Positions 1-9,918 of a stretch of DNA of 45,681 nt are shown here, piece by piece. The stretch is taken from assembly GCF_001194135.2 (NCBI RefSeq), contig NC_068981.1:5800208-5845888 (forward strand), read 5' to 3'. Source of the stretch: Octopus bimaculoides. Lineage: Eukaryota. Positions within the stretch are counted from its first letter, which is position 1. The number at the start of each line of letters is the position of its first letter. The notes under the pieces were generated by a model. It made no database searches, was not told the origin of the DNA, and saw only the letters and a program-made list of their open reading frames with translations. Position numbers and translations under genes: made by a program.

Positions 1-249
1 GATAACGACATGTGGCTAAGTTTACCACGACAAACATCTTCACTTTAACAAAAGTGTTCTGTCATTTTTTTTTCATTCATGTGAGATTGAAATTAAAAAA
101 AAAAAAATACAATTTCATTTATGTAAAATGAAAAAGCTGCAAAATGGAATAACTTATTTAGAATTTCTTTTACTTTTCTTAAATAAATATTTTAGTAACA
201 ATAAGAGAAATTTTTGTTGAGAAGACTACAAGAATAAAGTGACTCTTAC

Positions 250-461
250 CAAGCTTTAACACGAATGAGAACTTGTCCTTCTCCGGCTATTGGTTGCGGT
301 TTCGTTTGGATTTTGACCATTTTCAGACCCCCAAAACCTGTTAAAACCACTGCTTTCATTTCTTTGGGAGCCGGTGTTTCGGTCTTGGCCGGATCTTCTG
401 TACTTGTCGCTTCTTTGCTTTGAGCAGAGGTAGTAGTATCGTCAGAAGAATCTCCAGGCAT
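250..461 (-). CDS. VAT1L: First coding exon of synaptic vesicle membrane protein VAT-1 homolog(-like), MDR/quinone-oxidoreductase family
   Basis: Translation EMKAVVLTGFGGLKMVKIQTKPQPIAGEGQVLIRVKA matches the N-terminal VAT1/VAT1L motif (AVVLxGFGG...IRVKAC). The minus strand reads GCT TG|GTAAGAG, a canonical GT donor at 249. The exon is 212 nt (70 codons + 2 nt), so TG completes the Cys of the expected KACGLNF. VAT1 versus VAT1L cannot be separated from this exon alone. Confidence 0.9.
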
Positions 462-659
462 GGTTACTTAACAGTTTCCAGTAGTTTAAACAAAATATAT
501 TTTAGACTTATTCAGACTTCTATGAGGCTTTGTTCAATACAAAATATGCGAGGTGAAAAAAATGTATATATGTATATTTAAATATCTGCGTATAAGCAAT
601 GTATGTATTTTCTTGTAAATTGTTGTGGATTTAAGTATATGAAGCAACACTAAAAAGCT

Positions 660-745
660 TGCTTTGTTACGCAAATAGCCTTGCCGTACCAATACAGCTG
701 TTGACGACCGACCCAAGAACTCGACCAATCTGCTCGATAAAATCT
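660..745 (-). promoter_or_regulatory. Candidate proximal promoter / 5' UTR region of the VAT1L-like gene
   Basis: Locally GC/CpG-richer segment 200-280 bp upstream of the ATG with a CCAAT box (gaccaatct, ~724-732). No TSS evidence is available. Confidence 0.25.
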
Positions 746-1200
746 TCTCTTCCTGGTTTTATTCATATCTCCCCCTCCTCCTCCTCCTCCTTCCTCTCAT
801 CTCTTTCTTTTCATTCATCTTTCATTCTTTTTCTCTCTCTTACTTTTCCCTTTAATTCATCTTCCATGCTTTCTCTCTCCTTTTCTCTACACTCATTCTC
901 TTCTTTCGCCGTCTCTCCTTTTTTCTTTTCATTCATCTCTTTCTTTCTCTCTATTTGTTTATGTCTATTCTGTTTTGTTTACATTCGTCTACCTGAACCA
1001 CACGCTCTCTCTTTCTTCGCCTATTCCTCTTTTTTTTTTACCGTAATTTATCTTCCAATACAACTCCCCACACTCTCTCTTTTATCAGTAAACTGTTTTG
1101 TTGTCTTTCTATCAAGCGATCCTAGTCATCTTGTTTACTCTTTTCTTTCTTTCTTTCTTTCTTTATTGCTCTCTCTCTCTTTCTTTCTCTCACTGACAGT
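745..1200. repeat. Polypyrimidine/polypurine low-complexity tract including (CTC)n
   Basis: About 450 bp dominated by C/T on the plus strand. It explains the spurious S/F/L-rich ORF 659-1204. Confidence 0.9.
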
Positions 1201-1217
1201 TTAATAGAGGCAGTGAA

Positions 1218-1219
<2 letters not shown>

Positions 1220-1291
<72 letters not shown>

Positions 1292-1330
1292 CATCCATCC
1301 ATCTATCTGTCTATCTGTATGTCTGTCTGT
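1220..1330. repeat. (TATC)n microsatellite grading into (CCAT)/(TGTC)
   Basis: Tandem tetranucleotides seen directly. Confidence 0.95.
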
Positions 1331-1954
1331 CCCAGTGCATCCATGTGTCTGACTGAATGCCTGTCTGTCTTTCTCCATCCCTCCATCCCTTCATCCATCC
1401 GTCCTCCGTCCGTCTAAATAACACGTCCAGCTGTCAGTCCGTTCCTCTTTCTTTATCTTCTTCGTCCTCTAAGACATTTTCCTGTTATTACCCTAATCCA
1501 CAACAACCTCCTCCTATTACCCTAATCCGCCAACATTCCCCCGCCTCCCCCATTCCATTATCCTAATCCAGATTCGGCTCGATTGAAAATGCTTCGATAA
1601 TCAACTTGCTACCGATTCTTTCACCGTCCAGAAGTGCCACCAGCACGTTTCCTTTACGATGCCAATACTGTTGGGGAAAGCCATGAGTATCACAACATTA
1701 GATTTTCCCATATGTTTGTCTTGTTTTCAAAATATTCCGTCTGAGTCCATAAATACATATTACTAACTAGTAATATATTACTTGCTGTGACTAGGCACAT
1801 AACTTTATATGTTCGGTGGTAAAAGAGGATGTTAGGCCTTCATCTGTCTCCCATAGGACGTTAACGATATAAATTAAGAGAAGTTGTGTGATGCTAGAAT
1901 TGAAACTGCGTTGTAGTCTTTATTCGTTGTGCACATCTATTAGCATTTGTTACA

Positions 1955-2148
1955 ATGTTGCTTTCAAATTCTGGTCCAAGGCCAACAATTTTGGGGAGGG
2001 AGTAAGTCGATTACATCGATCCCATTGCTTAACTGGTACTTTTTTTTTTATCGACCCAAAAATATGAAAGGCAAAGTCGACCACGGCGGAATTTGAACTC
2101 GGAACATAAAGACGGACGAAATGTCGCTAAGCATTTTATCAGCTCACC
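1955..2148 (-). mobile_element. SINE family A copy (tRNA-like head, conserved central domain), degraded
   Basis: Reverse complement of family core (atgaaaggcaaagtcgaccacggcggaatttgaactc) shared with 11650-11865. Confidence 0.85.
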
Positions 2149-2994
2149 TCCATACAGTCAATTTAAGATATTATTTACTCAACAGTAAACAGCCATAATA
2201 TAAGTGAGTAATTTATAAGAAGGGCGACAGGAAAACAATGTAATATTTACAACATTTTCCTTACTCATTGTTTTAAAAAATAACTTTTCGGATTTACTAT
2301 TTGCTCCTTGTTACAAAAAAAAATTAGACACTGAAAAGAAAAAAAGAAGTGATGTCTCCATTTTCTTCATGTCCTAATGTTAATCCTGGCCTTGGTTAAA
2401 TCTCCCTAAAATCACATATTACTACGTTAGAAACAAAATTAGAGAAACATTAGATAAACTGGTCTTGAGATAAGCCCTTGATAGAATGTCCTTGATTCTA
2501 GTTGTTTGATCAAGGTTGATCCACAGCATAAACAACAGCGACAGAACTCGCGTGAGTGCCGCTTGGAAGCAGCTCTTCAGTGTGTCTCCCCGCCATCTCC
2601 AGCATCAGACAAACTATAACAGCAGACCCAAAGGTGCCGCCTCCATAAAAGTGTCTCCTGGAGCGGAAACCCCTTCTCAGTTACGCTATTGATTAACATT
2701 ATTAAAGACAGTACAGGCGAAATTACCGAGTAGTTAAGGCGCTCTATTCACAGTGGATGTTTCGATGTGCTTTTGTGTGTGTGTGTAGACCCATTTATTA
2801 GCTGTTCAGAATGGATACCAGATCAATTAGGTTGACTACGATCTATCGTATGGGCCTGCAATCCCGTCTGCTCAATTGATCTCATTGCGTGAAGATTGCT
2901 GTGTACAACTATTTACCAATCTGTGAAAGAGTTGCTGTATACAATAACCTATTACAGTGTGAATGTGTAAGAGTTACCCTCTGCTGTATGTAGA

Positions 2995-3203
2995 AGCTTC
3001 GAATTTTCGTGCAAGGCCAGCTAGTTTGGGGAAGCGGGTAAGTCGATTACATCAATCCTAGTGCTTGACTAGTATTTATTTTATGGACACCGAAAGGATG
3101 AAAGGTAAAGTCGATCTCCGCAGAATTTGAACTCAGGATGTAAATACGGACGAAATGCCGCTATTTTACACGACACGTTAACGATTCTGCCAACTTTCCG
3201 CCT
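2995..3203 (-). mobile_element. SINE family A copy
   Basis: gaaaggatgaaaggtaaagtcgatctccgcagaatttgaactc...aacgattctgccaact matches family A in reverse. Confidence 0.85.
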
Positions 3204-3287
3204 TGATATACACACCGATAATAACAGCAAAAACCGAAGCTGTACTTGGACACCACTTGGTAATCTCGAGTGAAACTCTTCTCTCTA

Positions 3288-3656
3288 TTACTTCCGATTT
3301 AGCGAAGGCGGAGGTATTGTTTTCAGTCGTATTTGTTTGTCCTTGGACAAAATGTCTCAAGAACCGCTGGATGGATTCGGATGAAACTTTCAGGGATGTT
3401 TGGCCTTGTGACTGGCACGAACTGATTAGATTATGGAATCGATCCGGCACCGGACAAGGATTCTGGATTATTTTTCCTGTTTTTTTTTTACTTAATTTTT
3501 GAGAGCGGTCGGGTTCATTTTTAGTATTCTCGTTTGAGAGAGAGAGCAGTCGAGTTTATTTCAGATATTCTCATTTTAAGAATCATCTCTGGCTAATCGT
3601 TGAGAAGACGTTGGGGTTGCCTTGGTGGGGGTTTGCGCTGTCTGAGTGCTCTTATT
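3288..3656 (+). mobile_element. Helentron-type non-autonomous element (HINE/DINE-1-like)
   Basis: 5' imperfect palindrome tacttccgattt-agcg-aaggcggaggta, a 3' sub-terminal match gccttggtgggggt, a short hairpin gcgctgtctgagtgc, and a T-rich end. This is the typical HINE layout. Confidence 0.65.
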
Positions 3657-3869
3657 TAAATTGCTAACTTTGTTGCAAACATCGTAAATGTCGCAACTTT
3701 CTCTTTCCTACTATCCTAACATTCTCAATCACCCCTTCACATACGAAACAGCTTTTGGCATAACTCTTGTTAACAAACAGACCTATGATAACAGACAATC
3801 CAACCTCAAATAGCCTGGCTACATCGTCCACTATTCTTTTGTTTTTGTCTCATTTTTGAGAGGCCAGAG

Positions 3870-4392
3870 CAGCGTTTCTCAACCGCGGTTCAAATATCCC
3901 TCGGAGAGTCATAGACTTTTTTTATTTAAAGTTACGTGCATTAAATTGGTCATATTTCTAGAATACACAAAATATTTAACGAATTTCTCATACAATTCAT
4001 AATATTTCGTTTTTGCATTTGGTTTTTTGGTTTGCAAGATTCTTTATGTGAGTTCGTATGTTGAAGCATATTCTGTTGTGTCTGGGGAGAGTCATTCTCT
4101 TTTAGTGCCTTATAAGAACTCAGCTTGAATAACAGTCAACAACCATTGAAAAGGTTGCAAGACGCAACGAAAATTTTAGAAAAATTAATGAGTGGAAACT
4201 TTACCGGTGCGTGTGTTAAATCATAAGGCACTAAAAGAGAATGACTCTTCCCAGACACAACTGGAGATCCTAATAATATTTAATTTTAAAACTATAATAG
4301 GACTTTTTAAACATCGAATGGCTATGAGGGCACATCCGAGTAAACTACAAACCAAAGGAATCCACAGGTTAAAAAATAGTTGAGAACCACTG
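3870..4392. mobile_element. hAT (Charlie/MER5-like) MITE
   Basis: Termini cagcgtttctcaacc / agttgagaaccactg match at 12 of 15 inverted positions. No clear 8-bp TSD. Contains an internal 39-bp inverted repeat. Confidence 0.65.
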
Positions 4393-4764
4393 TGCTGGTG
4401 TCGTTTTAGGCCTGTTTAGCTGTTATTTTAGCTATATTTGGTTGACTACTTTTCCTACACATGACAATACAGTCGATTGTCTAAGAATAAACATTATTTG
4501 GAGAGGGAAGCATCTGTTGAACGTGAAACGTGGTCCGGTCACAGCTGGAATATTCTACCGAGAACAATCAACTAATCAAGCTTTGTTTCATCAAGAGTCG
4601 ATGTGAACGTTAGACATATATATCTGCTGAACCTAATAGACCGCCAGGAACGAGATGGTAACTCTCATGGATGACAAATCTATCGGAAGAGAAGACAAAA
4701 ATACAGAGTCCTTGAGAATCCTTCGACGAAAATGTGTATTAAGGAACATGAAATATGGTAGAAT

Positions 4765-4983
4765 AATCCTTTCTACTATAGACACAAGACCTGGAATTTT
4801 TGTGGGGAGGGGACTAGTCGATTACATTGACCCCAGTGTTTCATTGGTACTTGATTTATTGACCCCGAAAGGATGAAAGGCAAAGTTGACCTCGATGGAA
4901 TTTGAACTCAGAACGTAGCGACGGGCGAATTACCGCTAAGCGTTTCGTCCAGCGTGCTAACGATTCTGCCAACTCGTCATCTT
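4765..4983 (-). mobile_element. SINE family A, full length, with TSD
   Basis: Full family A sequence flanked by aatatggtagaat (4752-4764) and aatatggtggaat (4984-4996), 12/13 identical. Confidence 0.9.
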
Positions 4984-5397
4984 AATATGGTGGAATTATG
5001 TCATCTTTTATCATTTACCCTAGTAACAATGGCTAAACCAGCGGCTTTCTCGATGGCAGCGCAAACTGAAGATATTGATACTGTTTTTCCCCAGGTCATC
5101 CCTCAAAGATCTTCTCACCGTAACCATCCTGTGTTCTTTCTTTATGCAAGGGTCGCATTATCCAATATATCCTTTTTGTAGGATTTGAGGCATGCTTCAC
5201 AGTTATTTCTAGCTGGCCCAGCGACTACACAGTGGTTCTCCATTTGACGATTCGAACTAAAGCTGTATTATTGTACTGTGAGACAAAGTAAGAAATGAAT
5301 GTTTTCAGTAATGTCATTGTTTTCCGATGAAGTAAAACAGCCTGAAACGAGCGTCGGATCAGTTTCTAATGACGTCATTCTATATTCGTTTTCGTTG

Positions 5398-6027
5398 TTC
5401 TTTCATTCTTTTATTCTTTTATTTGTTTCAGTCATTTGACTGCGGCCATGCTGGAGCACTGTCTTTAGTCGAACAAATCGACACCCAGGACTTATTCTTT
5501 GTAAGCCTAGTACTTATTCTATCTGTCTCTTTTGCCGAACCGCTAAGTTACAGAGACGTAAACACACCAACATCGAGGTCAAGTGATGGTAGGGGGACAA
5601 ACACAGACACACAAATACATACATATGTATACAGGGTGTCCCAAAAAGATGTACTCACTCTTTGACTTCCCAGTACTCATGCATTTTGTGTTCAAGTAGA
5701 TGTTTATTGATATACATACAATCCTAAAAAGTTAAATTAAATTCAGGAAAATAAATTGTTGTAGAAACGATTATTTATTGTCATTTCGAAATTTAAAAAA
5801 AAACAATACATTAGTAATCGTCTGTCAAAGAGTGAGTACATCTTTTTGGGACACCCTGTATATACGACGGGCTTCTTTCAGTTTCCATCTACCAAATCCA
5901 CTCACAAGGCTTTGGTCAGCCCGAGGCTAAAGTAGAAGATACTTGCCCAAGGTGCCACGCAGTGGGACTGAACCCAGGACCATGTATTTGGGAAGCAAGC
6001 TTCTTATCACACAGCCACTCCTGCGCC
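5398..6027 (-). mobile_element. SINE family B (tRNA head, CORE-like domain, internal microsatellite; octopus OR-like), interrupted by a MITE
   Basis: Head rc gcaggagtggctgtgtgataagaagcttgcttccc...gggttcagtcccactgcgtggcaccttgggcaag and tail gctccagcatggccgcagtcaaatgactgaaacaaataaaaga. Homologous to 41591-41973. Confidence 0.9.
5632..5858. mobile_element. 227-bp Tc1/mariner-superfamily MITE nested in SINE B
   Basis: Perfect 35-bp TIRs cagggtgtcccaaaaagatgtactcactctttgac (5632-5666 / 5824-5858) with TA on both sides (5630-5631, 5859-5860). Confidence 0.95.
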
Positions 6028-6234
6028 TTGTGTGATTTTTTCTTTCTTCTTCGTGATTGGTCGATATACTTTATAACTCTTTTGTTTTACGAAACTATTT
6101 TTGTTAATACATCTTTTGAAAATAGATTCTTTAAAAATGTTCGCTTGTCTACACGAAATCCCTTTTTTCGGATTTTCGTATTCCTTATGTTTTTTTAGAA
6201 ACACGTTCGGAGGCCCCATTCTTCCAATCAGCTA

Positions 6235-6500
6235 TGATAACTGGCACTCTGCTCCTGAAATTAACGTGCGAGTCGGCTGAGTATTCCACGGACATGGGTA
6301 CCCTTAAAGTTGTCCTTAAGGAGATTGAGCGTGACACACCGAATGTGACATGGCCGGCCCTTTGAATTATAGGTGCAACTCATTTTTGCTCGCTGAGTGG
6401 GCTGGGGCAACGTGAAATAAAGCGTCTTGCTCAAGGATAGGAACCGAACTCACAAACCTAGGACCGTGAGCCGAATACCCTAACCACTGAGACACGCGCC
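6235..6500 (-). mobile_element. SINE family D (tRNA head, CORE-like domain, distinct 3' tail)
   Basis: rc head ggcgcgtgtctcagtggttagggtattcggctcacggtcctagg, then ttgagcaagacgctttatttcacgttgc. Homologous to 15585-15890. Confidence 0.8.
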
Positions 6501-6679
6501 TTCTCAGCAGCTGTGATACTGTCGGGAGAAATGGAGAATTGTTTCCAGGTCTGAATATTTGGAACAGAATATGATCCACTAAAAGCACTCAACGACCAAA
6601 TGGTAGAATTAAACCAGGTGACCGATTAAGCCTAGCACCAAACAACAGGAGCGGTTTTTCGCTCACAAGACTTTGGTCG

Positions 6680-6812
6680 ATTTCCGTTCTGAGCAAGATT
6701 CCACCGGGGTCTGCATTGCGTCTCATCCCTTTGAGGTCGATGCAATTGACAAATACCCACTCTCCCTAAAATTCTTGGCCTTGTACCGAAATCTGAAACC
6801 GTTGTTGTCGCC
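6680..6812 (+). mobile_element. SINE family A fragment, degraded and internally deleted
   Basis: cgttctgagcaagattccacc...gaggtcgatgcaattgac...ggccttgtaccgaaatctgaaacc. Confidence 0.6.
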
Positions 6813-6886
6813 AGGCGCTCACTGCTCTCCACAGTCGGTCAATGCGGTCGGTGGAAGTTCGATGTTGGCAATATGTAGATATCTAA

Positions 6887-7100
6887 GGTGGTGACCTAGC
6901 AGTATCGTTATCGTGCCGAACAAAATGCTTAGCGGTATTTCGTCCGTCTTTATGCCCTGCGTTCAAATACCACTGAAATCAACTTTACTTTTCATCCTTT
7001 CGGGATCGATAAAATAAGCACCAGTCGAGCACCGGGGTCGATGTAATAGACTTACCCCTCCTCAAAATTGCTGGCCTTGTGCCAAAATTTGAAAGCAATA
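6887..7100 (+). mobile_element. SINE family A copy
   Basis: ggtggtgacctagcagtatcgtta...aaatgcttagcggtatttcgtcc...tttcatcctttcgggatcgataaaataag. Confidence 0.85.
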
Positions 7101-8284
7101 TATAGCAACCTGGTGATGGGTAAAAGCGATGATGTTCTTCGAAAGAACTTTAGGTATTAACGAGGACGAACTCTGGTTCGAAAGACTTTCTGGCTTCTAG
7201 AAATCTCAGAGGGGTCACTGCCAGTTCGAGATAAACTCTATGAGAACGAAAGGACCGCCCGGTGGGTCAGCCCGAGATTCACTCAGAGCAATGAAACCGC
7301 AGTTTGCACTCAAGCAGTGATCAAGCGTTGCTGACTTGTGGAGTTCTGACGAATAACTGTCGTCGAGTATACGATGAACTCGGCTGAATTCGTCATGAGT
7401 CGCCTCGTCACTCTCACCTTTAAGTAAGCAGAGCAAACGGTATTTGTCTGTTTCGTTGCTATGGCGGACGAGATTGAGTTGTGGACGAGGCTGGAAGGAT
7501 TAAGGACAGAAGGGTTTCTCTTTGGTCAAGCCGTCATTGATTATTTTAGGATTCTGCTTGAATAGGAAGGAAGAGAGAAATACTCTTCCTTTGAGTAACT
7601 GCGGAAAAAAACGGAAAAGGGTGAATGGACCTACACTAAGCGTGTGCGTTTAGATTGGAGAACAGTTGAGCAAGAGTTCATGCATTTGGTGTCAGGGTAA
7701 TCCTGAATCCGTGGGGTTCCTTGGTTAATCCAAGTTGGTGTTTCTCCATCATCAGGAATTTTAGCATCAAAGATACCTTCACAAATTTACTTTTATCTCA
7801 TTTCCTCCTCTTTTCCCTTCCATTCACCTTTTTTTTTATGCAGATTGTCCTTGTAATGTTCCCCCACCTCCTTTGATGCCAAGGTCGACTTTGCCTTTCA
7901 ACTTTCCGAATTCGATGTACGAATTTAGCAGCCAACTGTGATTTGATGGAGATTTAGCTGCTATTTCTCTCATCTGGAGTCTCGCTGTCAGCTTGTAAAC
8001 CCAACTATGTTATTATTTACATTATTTACACTTGATGGATATTTGTCCTCATCTTTGTTGTTAACACAACGTTTCAGCTGTAAATAATGTACATAATTCC
8101 TCATCTCTTAAATATAGAACTGTACCAACTGTGTTAGTCTTGTGTCATAGGGGGGGTCATTATGCCAATAATAACACCGCTATTCGCAATCTTTTCAGTG
8201 TCTTGGCCCTCTCTTCTCGAGGTCTGCTTTGAGTTTTCTATTCTAAATTCTATCCAGGATACATTGCAGGAATAGAAACGATCT

Positions 8285-8410
8285 CCAGTATTTGACTGGC
8301 ACTCTATCTAATTGGCCCCATAAAGATGATAAAGTCGACATTGATGGGATTTGAACACTGAATATAAACAACTGTTTATATTCTTATCCGATGCTCTGCC
8401 GACTCTGTCA
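8285..8410 (-). mobile_element. SINE family A, highly degraded copy
   Basis: aagatgataaagtcgacattgatgggatttgaac resembles the family A core. Confidence 0.5.
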
Positions 8411-8417
8411 ATGTATC

Positions 8418-8636
8418 GATTTCAAATTTTGGCACATGGCCAGCAATTTCGGGGAGGGGTCGGCGGTAAGTTGATTATATCGACCCTAGTACTCAACTGG
8501 TACTTATTTTATCGACCCGAAAGGATGAAAGGCAAAGTCGACCTCGATGGTATTTGAACCCAGGACGTAGCGGCAGACGAAATGCCGCTAAGCCTTTCGT
8601 CCGGCCTCCTTAACGATTCTTCCTGCTCGCCGCCTT
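8418..8636 (-). mobile_element. SINE family A, full length
   Basis: Full core atcgacccgaaaggatgaaaggcaaagtcgacctcg and head ...tgctcgccgcctt in reverse. Confidence 0.9.
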
Positions 8637-8844
8637 GACTCTGCCAATATGTTGTTCATGTGGTTGCTAAGTCCCAGGTCGATCATGACCGAAGGCAATC
8701 CAGCCATGACCAGCTCATCTGTTACTGTTGTTTTTTTTTAATAACCTACTTTCATCCAATGTCTTTCTATTTTTAAGACAGTGGAGCGTGATTGGAGGAA
8801 GATTTGCCTGTTGTTTCTAGCTGACCAAGAAAACACGCATAACG

Positions 8845-8880
<36 letters not shown>

Positions 8881-8900
8881 GAGAGAGAGAGAGAGAGAGA
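8845..8900. repeat. (GA)n microsatellite
   Basis: Tandem GA seen directly. Confidence 0.95.
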
Positions 8901-9024
8901 TCCAATTTATATTTATAAATATAGCTCAAAACATGGGGTAGGAGTGATGAGAAGGAGGAGGAGGATATAGTTTGATAATGGTGATGAGTGGGGTGGGGGC
9001 TGTTATTGATACTCCTGCTGATGA

Positions 9025-9420
9025 TGTTGATAGCAGCAGCAGCAGTAGTAATAGTAGTAGTAGTAGTAGCCATGACATTCACCACTGACGTATTTTGATC
9101 GTTATTGAATCGTGGTTGTCTCTGAGTGTGACTTGTTGCTGCCTTGCTGCTGCTGCTGCTGCTGCTGTTATAGTTGTTGTAGCAGTCTTAGTGGTGGTCC
9201 TGGTCGTTGTTGCCATGGTGATTGTTGTAATTATTTCACTGGTTCCAACCGTTTCTAGTCCTGATCGCACCGTAGAAGCACCGCCACACATCGTTGTTGC
9301 TCTTGTTGGTGATGATGATGATGATGATAATGATGGTAATGGTGGTGGTGGTGGTAGCGGTGCTAGCATCTATGGTGGCGGTGGTGATGGCAGTAGTGGT
9401 GGCGGTGGTGGTGATGGTTT
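9025..9420. repeat. Compound trinucleotide microsatellite (CAG/TAG/GCT/GAT/GGT)
   Basis: Mixed triplet runs. They explain the poly-A/V/D/G ORFs 9079-9547. Confidence 0.9.
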
Positions 9421-9475
9421 TTTTATGTCTATAGGAGCAACAAAAATACACGAAGTCACCTGTCTTCACAAAACC

Positions 9476-9478
<3 letters not shown>

Positions 9479-9531
<53 letters not shown>
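9479..9531. repeat. (CT)n microsatellite
   Basis: Tandem CT seen directly. Confidence 0.95.
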
Positions 9532-9532
<1 letters not shown>

Positions 9533-9539
9533 ACCTGCT

Positions 9540-9702
9540 ATGTCTAATAGCCAAATCCGTCTCCAAATCATACCTTATCGCTTTTAAAAGAAAGGACACA
9601 TTGTCCAGAAGCGAAATAAAAAGAACGAAGAAAGTCGGAATTGTCACGACTGGAACGTCTTTAATCACAAATATTTCTCAATCAGGGCTGACATGGGGCT
9701 AA

Positions 9703-9758
<56 letters not shown>
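9540..9758 (+). mobile_element. Retroposon 3' end (family F) with (CTA)n tail
   Basis: aatagccaaatcc...gtcacgactggaacgtctttaatc...cagggctgacatggggctaaa followed by (CTA)n at about 9710-9758. Related fragments lie near 8680-8720 and 42450-42475 in reverse orientation. Confidence 0.6.
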
Positions 9759-9918
9759 CTGGTTGCTATACCTACTAGAAATAGCATCCATACCTTCCTC
9801 AAATTTCGTCTTACCGTTTTAAATGAGAGCTCTTAAAAAAAAAAGACATCCCAGAGGGCACAATGTTAGATAATAAACACGGTATTAGCTTAATGCTTCT
9901 ATGGAGAGAGAAAAAGGA

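Noticed and set aside
1491-1526. Interstitial telomeric repeat (CCCTAA)
   Set aside because: Only isolated hexamers occur, within the 13-bp motif and not in tandem.
1487-1569. P3/RCSI paired-homeodomain dimer site
   Set aside because: The half-sites are ATTA-3-TAAT, the reverse arrangement of the P3 site TAAT-3-ATTA.
2545-2590. Hammerhead on the minus strand at CTGAAGA-gctgc-ttccaa-gcggc
   Set aside because: A stem II-like hairpin is present, but no GAAA or cleavage triplet follows.
7339-7380. Hammerhead at gagtt-CTGACGA...aactc
   Set aside because: There is no GAAA box and no stem III.
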